This document shows, one piece after another, positions 53,781 through 64,000 of a stretch of 64,000 bases of DNA. The notes under the pieces were generated by a model. The model ran no database searches, was not told the origin of the DNA, and saw only the letters and a program-made list of their open reading frames with translations. Origin of the DNA: Gammaproteobacteria bacterium (lineage in GTDB: Bacteria; Pseudomonadota; Gammaproteobacteria; GCA-001735895); the NCBI GenBank assembly GCA_050298595.1, contig JBNKUM010000067.1:23660-87659 (forward strand), in the 5' to 3' direction. The translations under genes and the position numbers were made by a program. Numbering within the stretch: position 1 is the first letter of the stretch; each line of letters starts with the position of its first letter.

Positions 53781-54502
53781 TTCCTTTCCTTAATATATTC
53801 TTTGGATCGAGAAAGTGGAGCTTCAAACAGGCTGTCGTATTTACCTAGCCCTTGCTCCACCAGAGTATCAAAACGAGCAACCGCCTGGTCACCATCATAG
53901 CTGGACCAGCGTGCGATGAGATCCCAGCGCAGCACATAGATCACAACCGCCTCGAAATCGAACTCATGCCCTTCACTGATACGGATTAGCTGGTCCCAGG
54001 CGATGCTCAGGCGGAGTCGCTCAAGTGCCAGACTATGCTCAACTTCCAGCAGATTTTCGGCTCGGGTCACCCAGGGATAAACGCGCTGCAAGCCGAAACC
54101 AGACTCATTCCAGTTGCGTTCAATATGGCGAACCCAGCGCCCATAACCCCAGAGCTCTCCATCAGGCGCAGCGGTTTCGCCACGATGACGGCGGCGTAGC
54201 GCGACAACCAGGGTGCGCAATTCCATACGGAAGCGCAACATATCGGTGAGGAATCCCTCCCCCCAGAGTTGCTCGAGACAACGCGCTCGCTGTATCAGGG
54301 TTGCATCGGTCAACTCCATGCTGTGGTGCGCCCAATCCAGTACAGAGACCAGTTCCAGCAATGCTTTGGCATCTGTCTCATCAAGAATCTTGAGGCGATC
54401 ACGCAGCCGCAAACGCGACAGCGGGGTCTGCCTGGCCACAAACAGAGGGCCATGATAGGGCAGGCTGGTGATCAACATCACATAGCGCATGGCCCTATCC
54501 AT
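53777..54502 (-). CDS. V/A-type ATPase subunit C-like (DUF2764)
   Basis: Y..LITSLP, H.FDFEAV..Y; lies between E and A. Confidence 0.75.
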   Translation of the reverse strand: MDRAMRYVMLITSLPYHGPLFVARQTPLSRLRLRDRLKILDETDAKALLELVSVLDWAHHSMELTDATLIQRARCLEQLWGEGFLTDMLRFRMELRTLVVALRRRHRGETAAPDGELWGYGRWVRHIERNWNESGFGLQRVYPWVTRAENLLEVEHSLALERLRLSIAWDQLIRISEGHEFDFEAVVIYVLRWDLIARWSSYDGDQAVARFDTLVEQGLGKYDSLFEAPLSRSKEYIKERN

Positions 54503-54503
54503 G

Positions 54504-55208
54504 CTACTTCACAGTCCCTTCCAGTATGGCTCGAAAGCGTGGGTGCAGATGTTCCAGCAGTACTTCGGCCACCTTGTCCGGGGTCAGATCGACCTGAATT
54601 TCCCCCTCATGCAGAATGATGCGAATGCCCCCTTCGAGCTTGTCACTGCTACGTAAAACCACCCCATCACGCAGCAACTCGTTAGCCACCGACAGCACGA
54701 AATGAGATAGCGAGCCTTTATGTAATTTTTCAGGATGAGCACGCAGCTCATCCAGGCCGACAACATCCTCTGGCAACAGAATCTCTATCTGCTTAGCTTC
54801 ATCCAGCGCAATATCGCGACGCGTGCGGCCAGCGACCTCCAGAATGAGCTTTTCCAGAAAAGCTTCCTGAGCCATCTCGACAGAAATCAGCCGTCGCACC
54901 TCTTCGCTAAAACGAGTACTCAGATGCCCCTTCATCTTCAGCACGGTATCGCGCATAGAGGATTTGAGCGCCTCCTTGCCCGCATTTTCGATCATCTCAG
55001 CCTCTTCCCTGGCCTGACTGATAATCGCCTCCGCCTCGATTTTCGCCTGTTGCAGAATAAGTTCTGACTCATGCCGCGCGGTGGCAATCAGTTGCTCACC
55101 TTCCTTGCGGCCTTCCACTACGCCTGCGTCGCGTAACCGCTCGATTAGCGCCTCCACACCGGAGGAGGGAAGAGAATCCAGACTTGAGGTCGGTGAATTA
55201 TCGTTCAT
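54504..55208 (-). CDS. V/A-type ATP synthase subunit E
   Basis: GVE.LIERLR..GV..G, coiled-coil, L.PRFRAILEG. Confidence 0.85.
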   Translation of the reverse strand: MNDNSPTSSLDSLPSSGVEALIERLRDAGVVEGRKEGEQLIATARHESELILQQAKIEAEAIISQAREEAEMIENAGKEALKSSMRDTVLKMKGHLSTRFSEEVRRLISVEMAQEAFLEKLILEVAGRTRRDIALDEAKQIEILLPEDVVGLDELRAHPEKLHKGSLSHFVLSVANELLRDGVVLRSSDKLEGGIRIILHEGEIQVDLTPDKVAEVLLEHLHPRFRAILEGTVK

Positions 55209-55219
55209 GTTAGTCCCCT

Positions 55220-55675
55220 TCAGGCTACGCCGGTGGGAATATTGCCCGCCAACACCAGGGCAAACACGAAGGCAAAGACGGCAAAGCCCTCAACGATAGC
55301 GGCCGGTGCCAGAGAGAGCCCGAATATCTCCGGTTTGACCTTAGAGGCATTGATGGATGAGGCGCAACACTGACCCTGGCGGATAGCACTAAACATCAGT
55401 GCGAGCCCGGCGAATATTCCAATGCCAAACAGGGCACCCGCATTTTCAGGGCTGACCACCCGATTAAGGGTGAACATTACCACAATGCCATAGATGACCT
55501 GTGATGATGGCATCACCGAAATACCGATGTAGCGACCATGCCCGCTTTCGGTTTCGATCATCGCCCCAATCGCTGCCTGTCCAGCCACCGCACAACCGAT
55601 AATACTACCAATGGCACCCAGCGCCATCACGCCATAGATGCCAGACCAACCCATTGCAATAACGAATTCGTTCAT
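55220..55675 (-). CDS. V/A-type ATP synthase subunit K/c (four-helix, single Glu)
   Basis: PSSQVIYG, RQG, IVEGFAVF. Confidence 0.9.
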   Translation of the reverse strand: MNEFVIAMGWSGIYGVMALGAIGSIIGCAVAGQAAIGAMIETESGHGRYIGISVMPSSQVIYGIVVMFTLNRVVSPENAGALFGIGIFAGLALMFSAIRQGQCCASSINASKVKPEIFGLSLAPAAIVEGFAVFAFVFALVLAGNIPTGVA

Positions 55676-57474
55676 TCTTTGACTCCTTTTTTGGAAAAGG
55701 CTCGGAAGGGGTAACCCTCCTCCGAAAGACCCCAGTTATAAAATTCGATAAAATTCAGACGCAAGCCATGCACAACTCCGCTCATCAGGCTCAACATGAT
55801 ATTTAAAAGATGTCCCACAAGCAGGATCAACAGACTCAGCAATAGACCGAGACCCGCATGTGCCTCCGCTACCTGACGAGCCAGGTCATTAAAAGTAAGT
55901 GCCAGTGATGCACTCGCCAAACCCAGTGCAAATAGACGCAGATAGCTGAGCACATCACCGAACAGCTTGGTGACATTGGTCAATGCTGACAGGCCGTCGA
56001 GCACCCACATCAGTAGATCCAGCGGCTTCTTTATGCTGCGCTCACTGGCAAACATGAACACCGCAATAAAGCCTGCTCCCATCAGGCTCTCGCCGAACCA
56101 GGTAATGATGCCTGAGCCCTGCCCCATCGCTAACCAGGTGATGAATCCCCCTGTCACCACCGAGATCCATCCCACATTAACCCAGGCCTGTTTGTGTCCA
56201 TAATTGCCCCAGGCAATGATGCCGTTTGCCAGCGCGATGTGGAAAACACCGATACCGACTGACAGCCGCATCATGGTTTCAAAATCGTTGATATCCATGA
56301 GTTTGAGTATTGCTAATGTTGAACCTGGCGTTGGACTGACGCCGAAGTAACTGCCGACAAGCACACCCCATAGCGTGGCACTACCACACAATACGGCCCC
56401 CAGCACACGCAGTCTACGCCCGCCGTCGCTACGCCCCATAGCCTTCCAGCCGGCAAGCACGCCCAGTCCGAGCAGAGCTGCGTAACCTGCATCCGACAGG
56501 ATCATCGAAAAAAACAGGGTAAAAGAGAAGAAAACCACCATAGAGGGATCCCAGCTTCGATAGCCCGGGGTCTGATAGAAAGCAACCAGATCCTGTCCTG
56601 CAGCCAGATCAGGAGGATTAGTCAGCAAGGTGGGTGGTTGCTCTTCTGCTGTGGGCTGTTCAAGCAATAAGGCTAGTCCTTGCTGCACAGCAAAATCCTG
56701 CAGCCGCTCTAGCTCCGGCGCAGGCAGCCAGCCCTGACAGGCAAATATCGCTTCGTCGTCCAGCGTTTGGCTAGCGGCATGCATCAATACTGCATGATCT
56801 TCCTCCACAGTCAGGTGACTGGCTATCAGATAGATCCAGCGGGTTAGTGCCTGACGTTCCGCTTTCAGCCTTTCCAGTTCGATCTCGGTTTCTTCCAGTA
56901 ATCGGCTAACCTCATCCAGCGGTATACTACCGGTGTGGGTGCGCGGAACAGGCATCGCTCCCGCCGCAGGTTCTTCAGCAGCAATGACCACCAGATAGGC
57001 AAAACGGTTATTTCTATACACCACTTGCCAGGTTAGTTTACTGCTTTTCATGCTGGGCAGGAGATTGGCGGGGAGAATATAAAACCACAAACGCAAACCG
57101 CCCAATTGTTGTGGAGGGATATAATTAAAATTTCCCCAGGGCTTCAGCTCATTAATTCGCTCCTTCAGTGCATCTCGCTTATCTTCTGCCTCTCTGATGC
57201 CCTGCTTATTGGCTCGAACTTCCTGCACCACCGCCTGCATATTAAAGTCATCATCTCTGTGTACCTGACGACGCTTGTGACGCGTATTGCCGAGATAGCG
57301 CAAAGCCTTATAGGCCTCAACAGGCTGACCAGATATTGGCCTCTCTGTTTCTCTGCGTTCGGGAATCAGCGGAACCAGATGCAGACAACCCAGCGCCTGA
57401 ATCTGTTCCAGTACGGTACTTTTATCATCTACCATGCCAAACAGCGTTGCCTTGTATAGCTGCACGATACTCAT
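55672..57474 (-). CDS. V/A-type ATP synthase subunit I/a
   Basis: PPTLL.N, DAGYA, DVLSYLRLFALGLA, HGLRLNFIEF. Confidence 0.92.
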   Translation of the reverse strand: MSIVQLYKATLFGMVDDKSTVLEQIQALGCLHLVPLIPERRETERPISGQPVEAYKALRYLGNTRHKRRQVHRDDDFNMQAVVQEVRANKQGIREAEDKRDALKERINELKPWGNFNYIPPQQLGGLRLWFYILPANLLPSMKSSKLTWQVVYRNNRFAYLVVIAAEEPAAGAMPVPRTHTGSIPLDEVSRLLEETEIELERLKAERQALTRWIYLIASHLTVEEDHAVLMHAASQTLDDEAIFACQGWLPAPELERLQDFAVQQGLALLLEQPTAEEQPPTLLTNPPDLAAGQDLVAFYQTPGYRSWDPSMVVFFSFTLFFSMILSDAGYAALLGLGVLAGWKAMGRSDGGRRLRVLGAVLCGSATLWGVLVGSYFGVSPTPGSTLAILKLMDINDFETMMRLSVGIGVFHIALANGIIAWGNYGHKQAWVNVGWISVVTGGFITWLAMGQGSGIITWFGESLMGAGFIAVFMFASERSIKKPLDLLMWVLDGLSALTNVTKLFGDVLSYLRLFALGLASASLALTFNDLARQVAEAHAGLGLLLSLLILLVGHLLNIMLSLMSGVVHGLRLNFIEFYNWGLSEEGYPFRAFSKKGVKE

Positions 57475-58079
57475 AATGCCAACGCTTCCCTGGCGCGTTT
57501 GCCTTTGGCAATCTTGGCTTGTACAACCGCAGCACGCTCAGCATCAGCAAGGAAAATTCGAATCTTGCGGATGTTTTCTCGCGTGCGCGGAATCAGCACT
57601 TTATCGAACAGATTAACGCGCTGGGTGACCGTCTTCACAGCTTCATCCAGTAGCTCAAGGCGACGTCGATCGACCTGAATCTGTATCCTCAATTGCAGCA
57701 TCTTTGCCAGCAACTCGGCCAGGCTGTCGACCCAGGCGGGCTTGGCTAGTAAGGAATATGGCCGCCGTTTTAGCTTAATCTGACCAAGCTGGGGCAGGCA
57801 CACACCCATGATATTTATTGTGTCTATCTGCACGCTGGAGACGCTCACCAGGCCGTCAACATTAACCTCCTGATTAGAGACCATCGGTATGGCAGTCTTT
57901 ATCTGCTCTCGTAGCATGACGATAGAGCTTTCAGTCTCGGCAATCGCCTGCACTGCCTTGGCCCGTTCTGCGATGAGCTGCCGACGTTTAAGGTCAAGAG
58001 AGGGGAGAAACCGCTCAAAGGTCTTAAGCTGCCGACTCTGCATACTCAGGGAAGATTTGCTAAGCGTGAGCCTTGCCAT
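57471..58079 (-). CDS. V/A-type ATP synthase subunit D
   Basis: FLPSLDLKRRQL, NIMGV, TQRVNLFDKVLIP. Confidence 0.92.
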   Translation of the reverse strand: MARLTLSKSSLSMQSRQLKTFERFLPSLDLKRRQLIAERAKAVQAIAETESSIVMLREQIKTAIPMVSNQEVNVDGLVSVSSVQIDTINIMGVCLPQLGQIKLKRRPYSLLAKPAWVDSLAELLAKMLQLRIQIQVDRRRLELLDEAVKTVTQRVNLFDKVLIPRTRENIRKIRIFLADAERAAVVQAKIAKGKRAREALAL

Positions 58080-58080
58080 C

Positions 58081-59436
58081 TCAGACCACCCGCTCTGCAT
58101 CCAGGTTTGGGAAATATTTGTCTATCAGTTGCTGCTTCATCAGCAGGTCATCGGCTTCGAAGCATTCGGCCAGTGTCTGCCAGGAGAGGTCCAGCGCCTG
58201 TTCCAGTGGCAGAGAAACCTGAATATCCATAAAACGTTGCCTGAACAGACGCCCGAACTTAAGCAGGCTTTCATCAAACGCCGACATTTCAAACGCCATT
58301 GCCTGTTTCTGCTCGGCATCTCGGGCGCTGGCATAAAACCGGATCATGGTATTCATGATCTGAGAATGATCCTCACGCGTGACCGTGCCGATAACATGTT
58401 GTTTAAGTCGGGAAAGTGAGCCAAAGGGGTCAAGCTCACCATTGTGCAAATAAAACTGCCCTTCGGTGATATAGCCCGTGTTATCCGGCACCGGATGGGT
58501 TACGTCATCCCCCGGCATGGTAGTCACTGAAAGAATGGTGACAGAGCCCGCTTCACGATAGGCAGCAGCCTTCTCATAGCGCCGTGCCAGCTGAGAATAC
58601 AGATCCCCCATATAACCCCGGTTTGAAGGAACCCGCTCCATGGAGATACCAACTTCTTTAAGGGCGTCGGCGTATGCAGTCATATCAGTCAATAGCACCA
58701 ATACCCGTTTACCTTCCTCGACGGCGAACTTCTCCGCCACAGCCAGCGCCATATCAGGAACCAGCAGACGTTCAACGATGGGGTCAGAAGCCAGGTTGAC
58801 GAACATGACCGTGCGGGAAAAAACGCCAGCATCATCGAAGGCAGTACGGAAGAAGTGATAGTCGTCAAAGATCAAACCCATGCCGCCGAACACCACCACG
58901 TCGGCATCTGCCTGGATACCGATACGAGCCAGGAACGGGTTGTAGGGCTCTCCGGCAACGGAGAAGATCGGGATTTTCTGGCTCTCCACCAGACAGTTAA
59001 ACAGGTCGATCATCGGTACGTCGGTGCGTATCATTTTGGAAGCGAGCTGGCGGCGCATGGGGTTGACTGACGGGCCGCCGATAGGCACCTTGGGATCGTG
59101 CGAGAGGTCAGGCCCTCCATCCATAGGCTCGCCTGCCCCGCGAAAAACGCGCCCAAGGATATTCGGCGAATAGGTGGCTCGCATGGACCTGCCAAGAAAG
59201 CTGACCTTGGCCTCGGTAGACATCCCCTTGGTACCTGAGAATACCTGCAGAGCAACCCGATCGTGATCGATATGTATCACCTGCCCCAACGATTTTTCAG
59301 AATTCGAGGTTTCGATGAGGGCAAGATCGCCGAAGCTTACCGTTGCCTTGCCAGAGGTGGCAATCGGCACCTGAACCTTGATTATGTCACCAACGATTTC
59401 CAGGATATTGGCATAATGCAGGAGTGTTTGTGACAT
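58081..59436 (-). CDS. V/A-type ATP synthase subunit B
   Basis: QKIPIFS, LLTDMTAYADA, RGYMGDLYS, HPVPDNTGYITEGQ; ATG 59436 after AAGGAG. Confidence 0.94.
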   Translation of the reverse strand: MSQTLLHYANILEIVGDIIKVQVPIATSGKATVSFGDLALIETSNSEKSLGQVIHIDHDRVALQVFSGTKGMSTEAKVSFLGRSMRATYSPNILGRVFRGAGEPMDGGPDLSHDPKVPIGGPSVNPMRRQLASKMIRTDVPMIDLFNCLVESQKIPIFSVAGEPYNPFLARIGIQADADVVVFGGMGLIFDDYHFFRTAFDDAGVFSRTVMFVNLASDPIVERLLVPDMALAVAEKFAVEEGKRVLVLLTDMTAYADALKEVGISMERVPSNRGYMGDLYSQLARRYEKAAAYREAGSVTILSVTTMPGDDVTHPVPDNTGYITEGQFYLHNGELDPFGSLSRLKQHVIGTVTREDHSQIMNTMIRFYASARDAEQKQAMAFEMSAFDESLLKFGRLFRQRFMDIQVSLPLEQALDLSWQTLAECFEADDLLMKQQLIDKYFPNLDAERVV

Positions 59437-59770
59437 GATCTTCTCCTTCAGACCCGTGGACACATAAAAGGACTACCATAAGATTTATATACTGGAAAGC
59501 TTAATGATTTGGTTGCTTCGTAATCCATATGGCACCTGGGATGGCTTCAGTTATCTAGTTGTTAAAAGATACCGCACACGTTTTGCATTTTTCTACCCGA
59601 GATTGCTTCGGGCGACTGACTTAAGGATAGACGATCATGCATAATAAATCACCTTTAACATGTTACCTTTTTTACTCCCGGGTTTCTTATAGTTCAGCTT
59701 TGACAATGCACTCTCATTTTTTATCACCACATCGCTTATAGGTAACATTCAGCCAGATACCCTATAATCC

Positions 59771-60352
59771 GTGTTTTTTATTTCACTCCCCACCTTGAGC
59801 CATCTTAATTCCAGCCACTGGTTTTTACCCAGTCAAACTTTCAGACACCGCATCGAGCCTGATCTACGAAGCTGGTTGACCGATGAAGGTTCGCTCACCA
59901 GGCGTTTAAAACTGTTTTGTCCTGATCAATTTTCAGTGCTTGTACTGAGCATGAAATGGGTTAAACCCGAACGCTCTGAAGCCCAGTTGCTGAAGATACC
60001 TCTAAGTCAAAAGGTGCTATTACGTGAGGTTTATTTGAAATGTGCTGATAATCTGTGCGTATATGCTCGCTCGGTTATTCCTCTTTGTACTTTGCAGGGG
60101 GAACATCGTCGCTTAAAGTATCTGGGCAACAAACCTCTGGGAGAATACCTGTTTGCTTCACCAAACCTGCATAGAGAAACCTTTGAGTGGAGTAAACTAT
60201 CGGCCAATAGCGCTTTATTGCAATCTTTAGCGCAGCACTTGATTGAAACGGATAGCCAGATCTGGGGGCGTCGTTCACTTTTTAAAATTGATAAAAACCC
60301 ATTAATTGTGAGCGAATTTTTTCTTCCGCATTTATTCCCGCCTACACCTTGA
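59771..60352 (+). CDS. ubiC: Chorismate pyruvate-lyase
   Basis: WL.DEGSLTRRL, REVYL, ARSVIP, LG.KPLG..LF, WGRRSLF, VSEFFLP. Confidence 0.9.
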   Translation: MFFISLPTLSHLNSSHWFLPSQTFRHRIEPDLRSWLTDEGSLTRRLKLFCPDQFSVLVLSMKWVKPERSEAQLLKIPLSQKVLLREVYLKCADNLCVYARSVIPLCTLQGEHRRLKYLGNKPLGEYLFASPNLHRETFEWSKLSANSALLQSLAQHLIETDSQIWGRRSLFKIDKNPLIVSEFFLPHLFPPTP

Positions 60353-60448
60353 GCGATATCAGCAATATTTATGCTGTAAATCACTGCACGGAAATCATTC
60401 TCATACTATTATTGCAACCCCGCATTAATAGCTTAAATCAAATCTCTC

Positions 60449-61765
60449 ATGTCAGACTCCCCAAATAAAGTCGGATTTGTCAGCCTGGGTTGCCCAAAGG
60501 CCACGGTAGATTCGGAACAGATCATTACCCAACTGCGCGCAGAGGGTTACGAAATTGTGCCCGACTATCAACAGGCAGATATGGTGATTATCAATACCTG
60601 CGGCTTTATTGATTCAGCGGTTGAAGAATCCATGCAAACCATAGACGAGGCACTACATGAGAATGGCCGTGTGATAGTAACCGGTTGTCTCGGTGCGAAA
60701 TCTCAGTTAGTGAGTGACACCTTCCCTAATCTATTGGCTGTGACTGGTCCACACGCGACCAGTGAAGTGATGCAGGCTGTGCACAAACACCTGCCTGCGC
60801 GTCATGATCCGTTTATGGATCTGGTGCCGCCGCAGGGCGTAAAACTGACACCCCGTTATTTTGCCTACCTGAAGATTTCAGAAGGCTGTAACCATCGTTG
60901 TACATTTTGCATTATTCCATCGTTTCGTGGTGATCTGGTCAGCCGACCCATCGATAATGTGATGCAGGAAGCGCAAAATCTGGTGAATGCCGGCGTACGT
61001 GAGTTACTGGTGATTTCACAGGATACCAGTGCCTATGGTGTAGACCTTAAATACAGTACCCATTTCTGGAATGGACAGCCTTTGAGTACGCGCTTTTATG
61101 ACCTGGCTCGCGCCCTCGGCCAGTTTGGTGTATGGGTACGCCTGCACTATGTTTACCCTTACCCCCATGTAGACGATGTGATTCCGCTGATGGCACAGGG
61201 ACTGGTTCTACCCTATCTGGATATCCCATTTCAGCATGCCAGCCCAAAGATTCTCAAGGCGATGAAACGCCCCGGCAGTCAGGAAAAGGTACTGGAACGC
61301 ATTAAGAAGTGGCGCGAAATCTGCCCTGAACTGGTTATCCGTAGTACCTTTATCGTGGGTTTTCCGGGTGAGACAGATGAAGACTTCCAAATGCTACTCG
61401 ACTTTTTAAGCGAAGCCCAGCTAGACCGCGTAGGTTGTTTTATGTATTCTGATGTCGAAGGCGCACAGGCTAACGAATTCCCTGATCAGGTGGACGCCGA
61501 TACCAAACAGGAGCGCTACGACCAGTTTATGCAGCATCAGCAATTCATCAGCCGAGATCGTCTGCGCCAGCGAGTCGGCAGTACTATGAAAGTACTAATT
61601 GAAGAAGAAATCGAAAACGGTTGGGTCGGACGCAGTTATGCTGATGCACCGGAAATCGATGGTGAAGTGATTATTGAAACCGATCAGCAGCTAACTCCAG
61701 GAGAATTCGTGCAAGTCTCTATCACAGACAGTGACGATTACGACCTGTTCGGGGTATTGGCATGA
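60449..61765 (+). CDS. rimO: Ribosomal protein S12 methylthiotransferase
   Basis: [38 protein letters not shown] domain. Confidence 0.95.
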   Translation: MSDSPNKVGFVSLGCPKATVDSEQIITQLRAEGYEIVPDYQQADMVIINTCGFIDSAVEESMQTIDEALHENGRVIVTGCLGAKSQLVSDTFPNLLAVTGPHATSEVMQAVHKHLPARHDPFMDLVPPQGVKLTPRYFAYLKISEGCNHRCTFCIIPSFRGDLVSRPIDNVMQEAQNLVNAGVRELLVISQDTSAYGVDLKYSTHFWNGQPLSTRFYDLARALGQFGVWVRLHYVYPYPHVDDVIPLMAQGLVLPYLDIPFQHASPKILKAMKRPGSQEKVLERIKKWREICPELVIRSTFIVGFPGETDEDFQMLLDFLSEAQLDRVGCFMYSDVEGAQANEFPDQVDADTKQERYDQFMQHQQFISRDRLRQRVGSTMKVLIEEEIENGWVGRSYADAPEIDGEVIIETDQQLTPGEFVQVSITDSDDYDLFGVLA

Positions 61766-62139
61766 GCATACTTGCCATCGTAGTCAACGATCAACTGACC
61801 CTGCAATTTGACCGCGACAAACCACTGTCTGATCTTCACCAGCATTACCTTGATCGACTGGATGCCAAGTTTGATCAGGGCATAGAGCTACAGGGCGAGC
61901 ATCTGTCCAATCCTGATATAGTACAACGCTCGAAATTTATGGCGCTCACCCTGATGGAAGGCATTATGTATCAGGAAGACAATAAAGCCGCCGCCAGCAT
62001 GGCCTGGCTGGCAACCCGACTACCCGATCTGAAGCAGGTCATTGCCGTCGTTGATAAGGAAGGCACCCAGTTTGAGCTGGTTTTTGACCGTGAATACCAA
62101 TCCCAGGTTGACGTTAAATTTGATGGTCTAAATAGCTAG
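61762..62139 (+). CDS. Hypothetical protein coupled to rimO
   Basis: ATGA overlap; protein-like composition ([22 protein letters not shown]). Confidence 0.7.
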   Translation: MSILAIVVNDQLTLQFDRDKPLSDLHQHYLDRLDAKFDQGIELQGEHLSNPDIVQRSKFMALTLMEGIMYQEDNKAAASMAWLATRLPDLKQVIAVVDKEGTQFELVFDREYQSQVDVKFDGLNS

Positions 62140-62247
62140 TTCGTCGCCACAGCAACAAATACTTCTGTCCAGTCTGCTAATTTGAGCTAAATATAAGTTT
62201 TAAGGCTCCCATCTGAGGGTCATTAGTTATCCGGACAAAGTAATCCA

Positions 62248-64000
62248 ATGAAGATCAACCTCGCGCTCAAACTCGTTATTGGCTATTCGTTGATGGCTGT
62301 ATTACTTATTATTTGTGGCGTGATTGGCTACAGCACAATCCTTAAAATAACCCATCAGAATGATTACCAGCTCAATCAGGCTTACAGCACCGTCCAACAC
62401 TCATTACAGGCCAACAACGCCATACAGGCCAGCAGCGCTATTCGTGAGCAGATCAGGGTGGCCAATGATATCCTGTCTGGCCGCCTGAGCGAGAATATTC
62501 AAAATGCATTAGATACCACACAGCAGCATACCGAACAGGCTTTCCAGAGCTTGATTAATGCTAAACAGACACCTCAAAAACAGATAGACCAACTCAATCG
62601 GACACAACAGTCATTCACTGCTGCACTAGCCCTGTTAATGAAAAGTTATCAGCAATACCAGCTTATTTATCAGCAAACAATCGATAACGCTGAGCAGTTT
62701 AGAAATATACTTTCTTCTTTCAACAAACTGGCTAAACGTATCATCGTTGAGCACGAAACCAATCTAGATAACAATCAGACCGTCAATACTCGACAGCTCG
62801 AAGAGTGGTTTGCTGCCTCTGCCTCAACCGAAGCTGAACTCACGTTATTTTCTCAGCTGTATTACCTGCAACAGCTTCCGGATAGCAAAAACATTGAACA
62901 AAATCAGGCGCTAATCAAAAACAGTCAAACCGATCTGGACATTTACATGGACGACCTGTCGGCCATGCAGCTCTCCAAACAGCTTGCTAAGGACAGTGAC
63001 AAAAGTTTTTCTACTTTGTTTAGCGAATTCTACGCACAACACAAAAAACTGTTTGCCCAGTTACAGGAAAAGCAAAAGGAACTACAGACGCACAATAGAG
63101 CCTATACCTCTGTTGTCAATGATTTGCTTCAGCGCACGGAAGAATTTGAACAGGCCAGCAGCAAAATCATTAACAGGGAAGTCGATAAAACCCAGCAGAG
63201 TAAGGGCTCGGCATTTTTCAATATCATAGTCACTGTAATCATCAGCATCCTACTGCTCATCATCACTTATACACTGACCCTTAAATCCATAGTTTCACCA
63301 GTACATAAGGTCGCGGATACATTAAATAACATCTCCAGCGGTGAAGGCGACCTCACTCAACAACTGATTATTACTGGCGATGATGAAATATCCGAATTAT
63401 CGCACAGCTTTAACGATTTCATTCAACAGATCAGACAGTTGATCACTCAACTTAATCACATAGTGGAACAGCTTGACCATACCGCTACTGACCTTGCCAC
63501 TCAGTCTCAGCAAACTCCACAACAAATACTAACCCAGCAATCAGCTACCGACGCTGTAAACCGCGATATGAATGAGATGGCATTACATGTGGAGGATGTT
63601 TTTCAGGCTGCCCAGCATGCCGATAGCAGCATGCAAACGATGAGTGACTCTGTGCAACAAAGTCAGCAGGTTATTTCAACCACACTGGATTCGATCAACG
63701 ATTTTGCATCCGATATCGAAACTGCAAGCGCAGTGATTGAGCAATTAAATAACGATAGTCAACAGGTGGGTTCTGTAGTGGATGTCATCCAGAGCATCTC
63801 CGAACAAACCAACCTGCTCGCACTCAATGCTGCCATCGAAGCAGCTCGTGCTGGAGATGAGGGAAGAGGCTTTGCGGTTGTCGCAGATGAAGTAAGAACG
63901 CTTGCAAGCCGTACTCAGCAATCAACCAAAGAGATAAGGGCGATCATAGAACGCCTGCAACAAGGATCGGAACAAGCTGCTGCGGTGATGATCAAGAGTA
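62248..64000 (+). CDS. Methyl-accepting chemotaxis protein (runs off window end)
   Basis: Manual translation: TM1 [31 protein letters not shown] (GEGDLT...DEI.EL..SFN.F), [37 protein letters not shown]. Confidence 0.93.
   Translation, partial: MKINLALKLVIGYSLMAVLLIICGVIGYSTILKITHQNDYQLNQAYSTVQHSLQANNAIQASSAIREQIRVANDILSGRLSENIQNALDTTQQHTEQAFQSLINAKQTPQKQIDQLNRTQQSFTAALALLMKSYQQYQLIYQQTIDNAEQFRNILSSFNKLAKRIIVEHETNLDNNQTVNTRQLEEWFAASASTEAELTLFSQLYYLQQLPDSKNIEQNQALIKNSQTDLDIYMDDLSAMQLSKQLAKDSDKSFSTLFSEFYAQHKKLFAQLQEKQKELQTHNRAYTSVVNDLLQRTEEFEQASSKIINREVDKTQQSKGSAFFNIIVTVIISILLLIITYTLTLKSIVSPVHKVADTLNNISSGEGDLTQQLIITGDDEISELSHSFNDFIQQIRQLITQLNHIVEQLDHTATDLATQSQQTPQQILTQQSATDAVNRDMNEMALHVEDVFQAAQHADSSMQTMSDSVQQSQQVISTTLDSINDFASDIETASAVIEQLNNDSQQVGSVVDVIQSISEQTNLLALNAAIEAARAGDEGRGFAVVADEVRTLASRTQQSTKEIRAIIERLQQGSEQAAAVMIKS

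Noticed and set aside
62407-62442. 18-bp tandem duplication in the MCP ([12 protein letters not shown])
   Set aside because: Degenerate, in frame, in a helical periplasmic region; no sign of function

Overview
Chromosomal window of a gammaproteobacterium, probably marine and sulfur-metabolising (DsrC-family protein, CysB, CysD/CysNC). Housekeeping genes (arfB, rlmC, mqo, acnD/prpF, ppnP, ubiC, rimO, an MCP) alternate with accessory modules. These are: a GNAT-C39-like peptidase plus RLAN/RimK ATP-grasp pair; a five-gene signalling cluster (REC-GGDEF-EAL followed by two duplicated pairs of orphan sugar-binding protein and hybrid kinase, with no transporter); an intact IS1182 with a 4-bp target duplication; a minimal arsR-arsP-thioredoxin operon; a polyamine operon whose speD has lost its pyruvoyl-forming site through an in-frame deletion; a TonB-receptor-YfiR-hybrid kinase module; cysDNC with an extra N-terminal region on CysD, flanked by IS relics; and a permuted V/A-type ATPase operon with a Na+-type K subunit. 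Non-coding features include modular GGA-loop hairpin repeats resembling CsrA/RsmA sites, ACCACAGAG REP-like palindromes, PrpR-type ATTGTCGACAAT operators and several decayed IS ends and pseudogenes. No rRNA, tRNA or CRISPR array was seen. All assignments come from motif recognition by eye, with no database searches.
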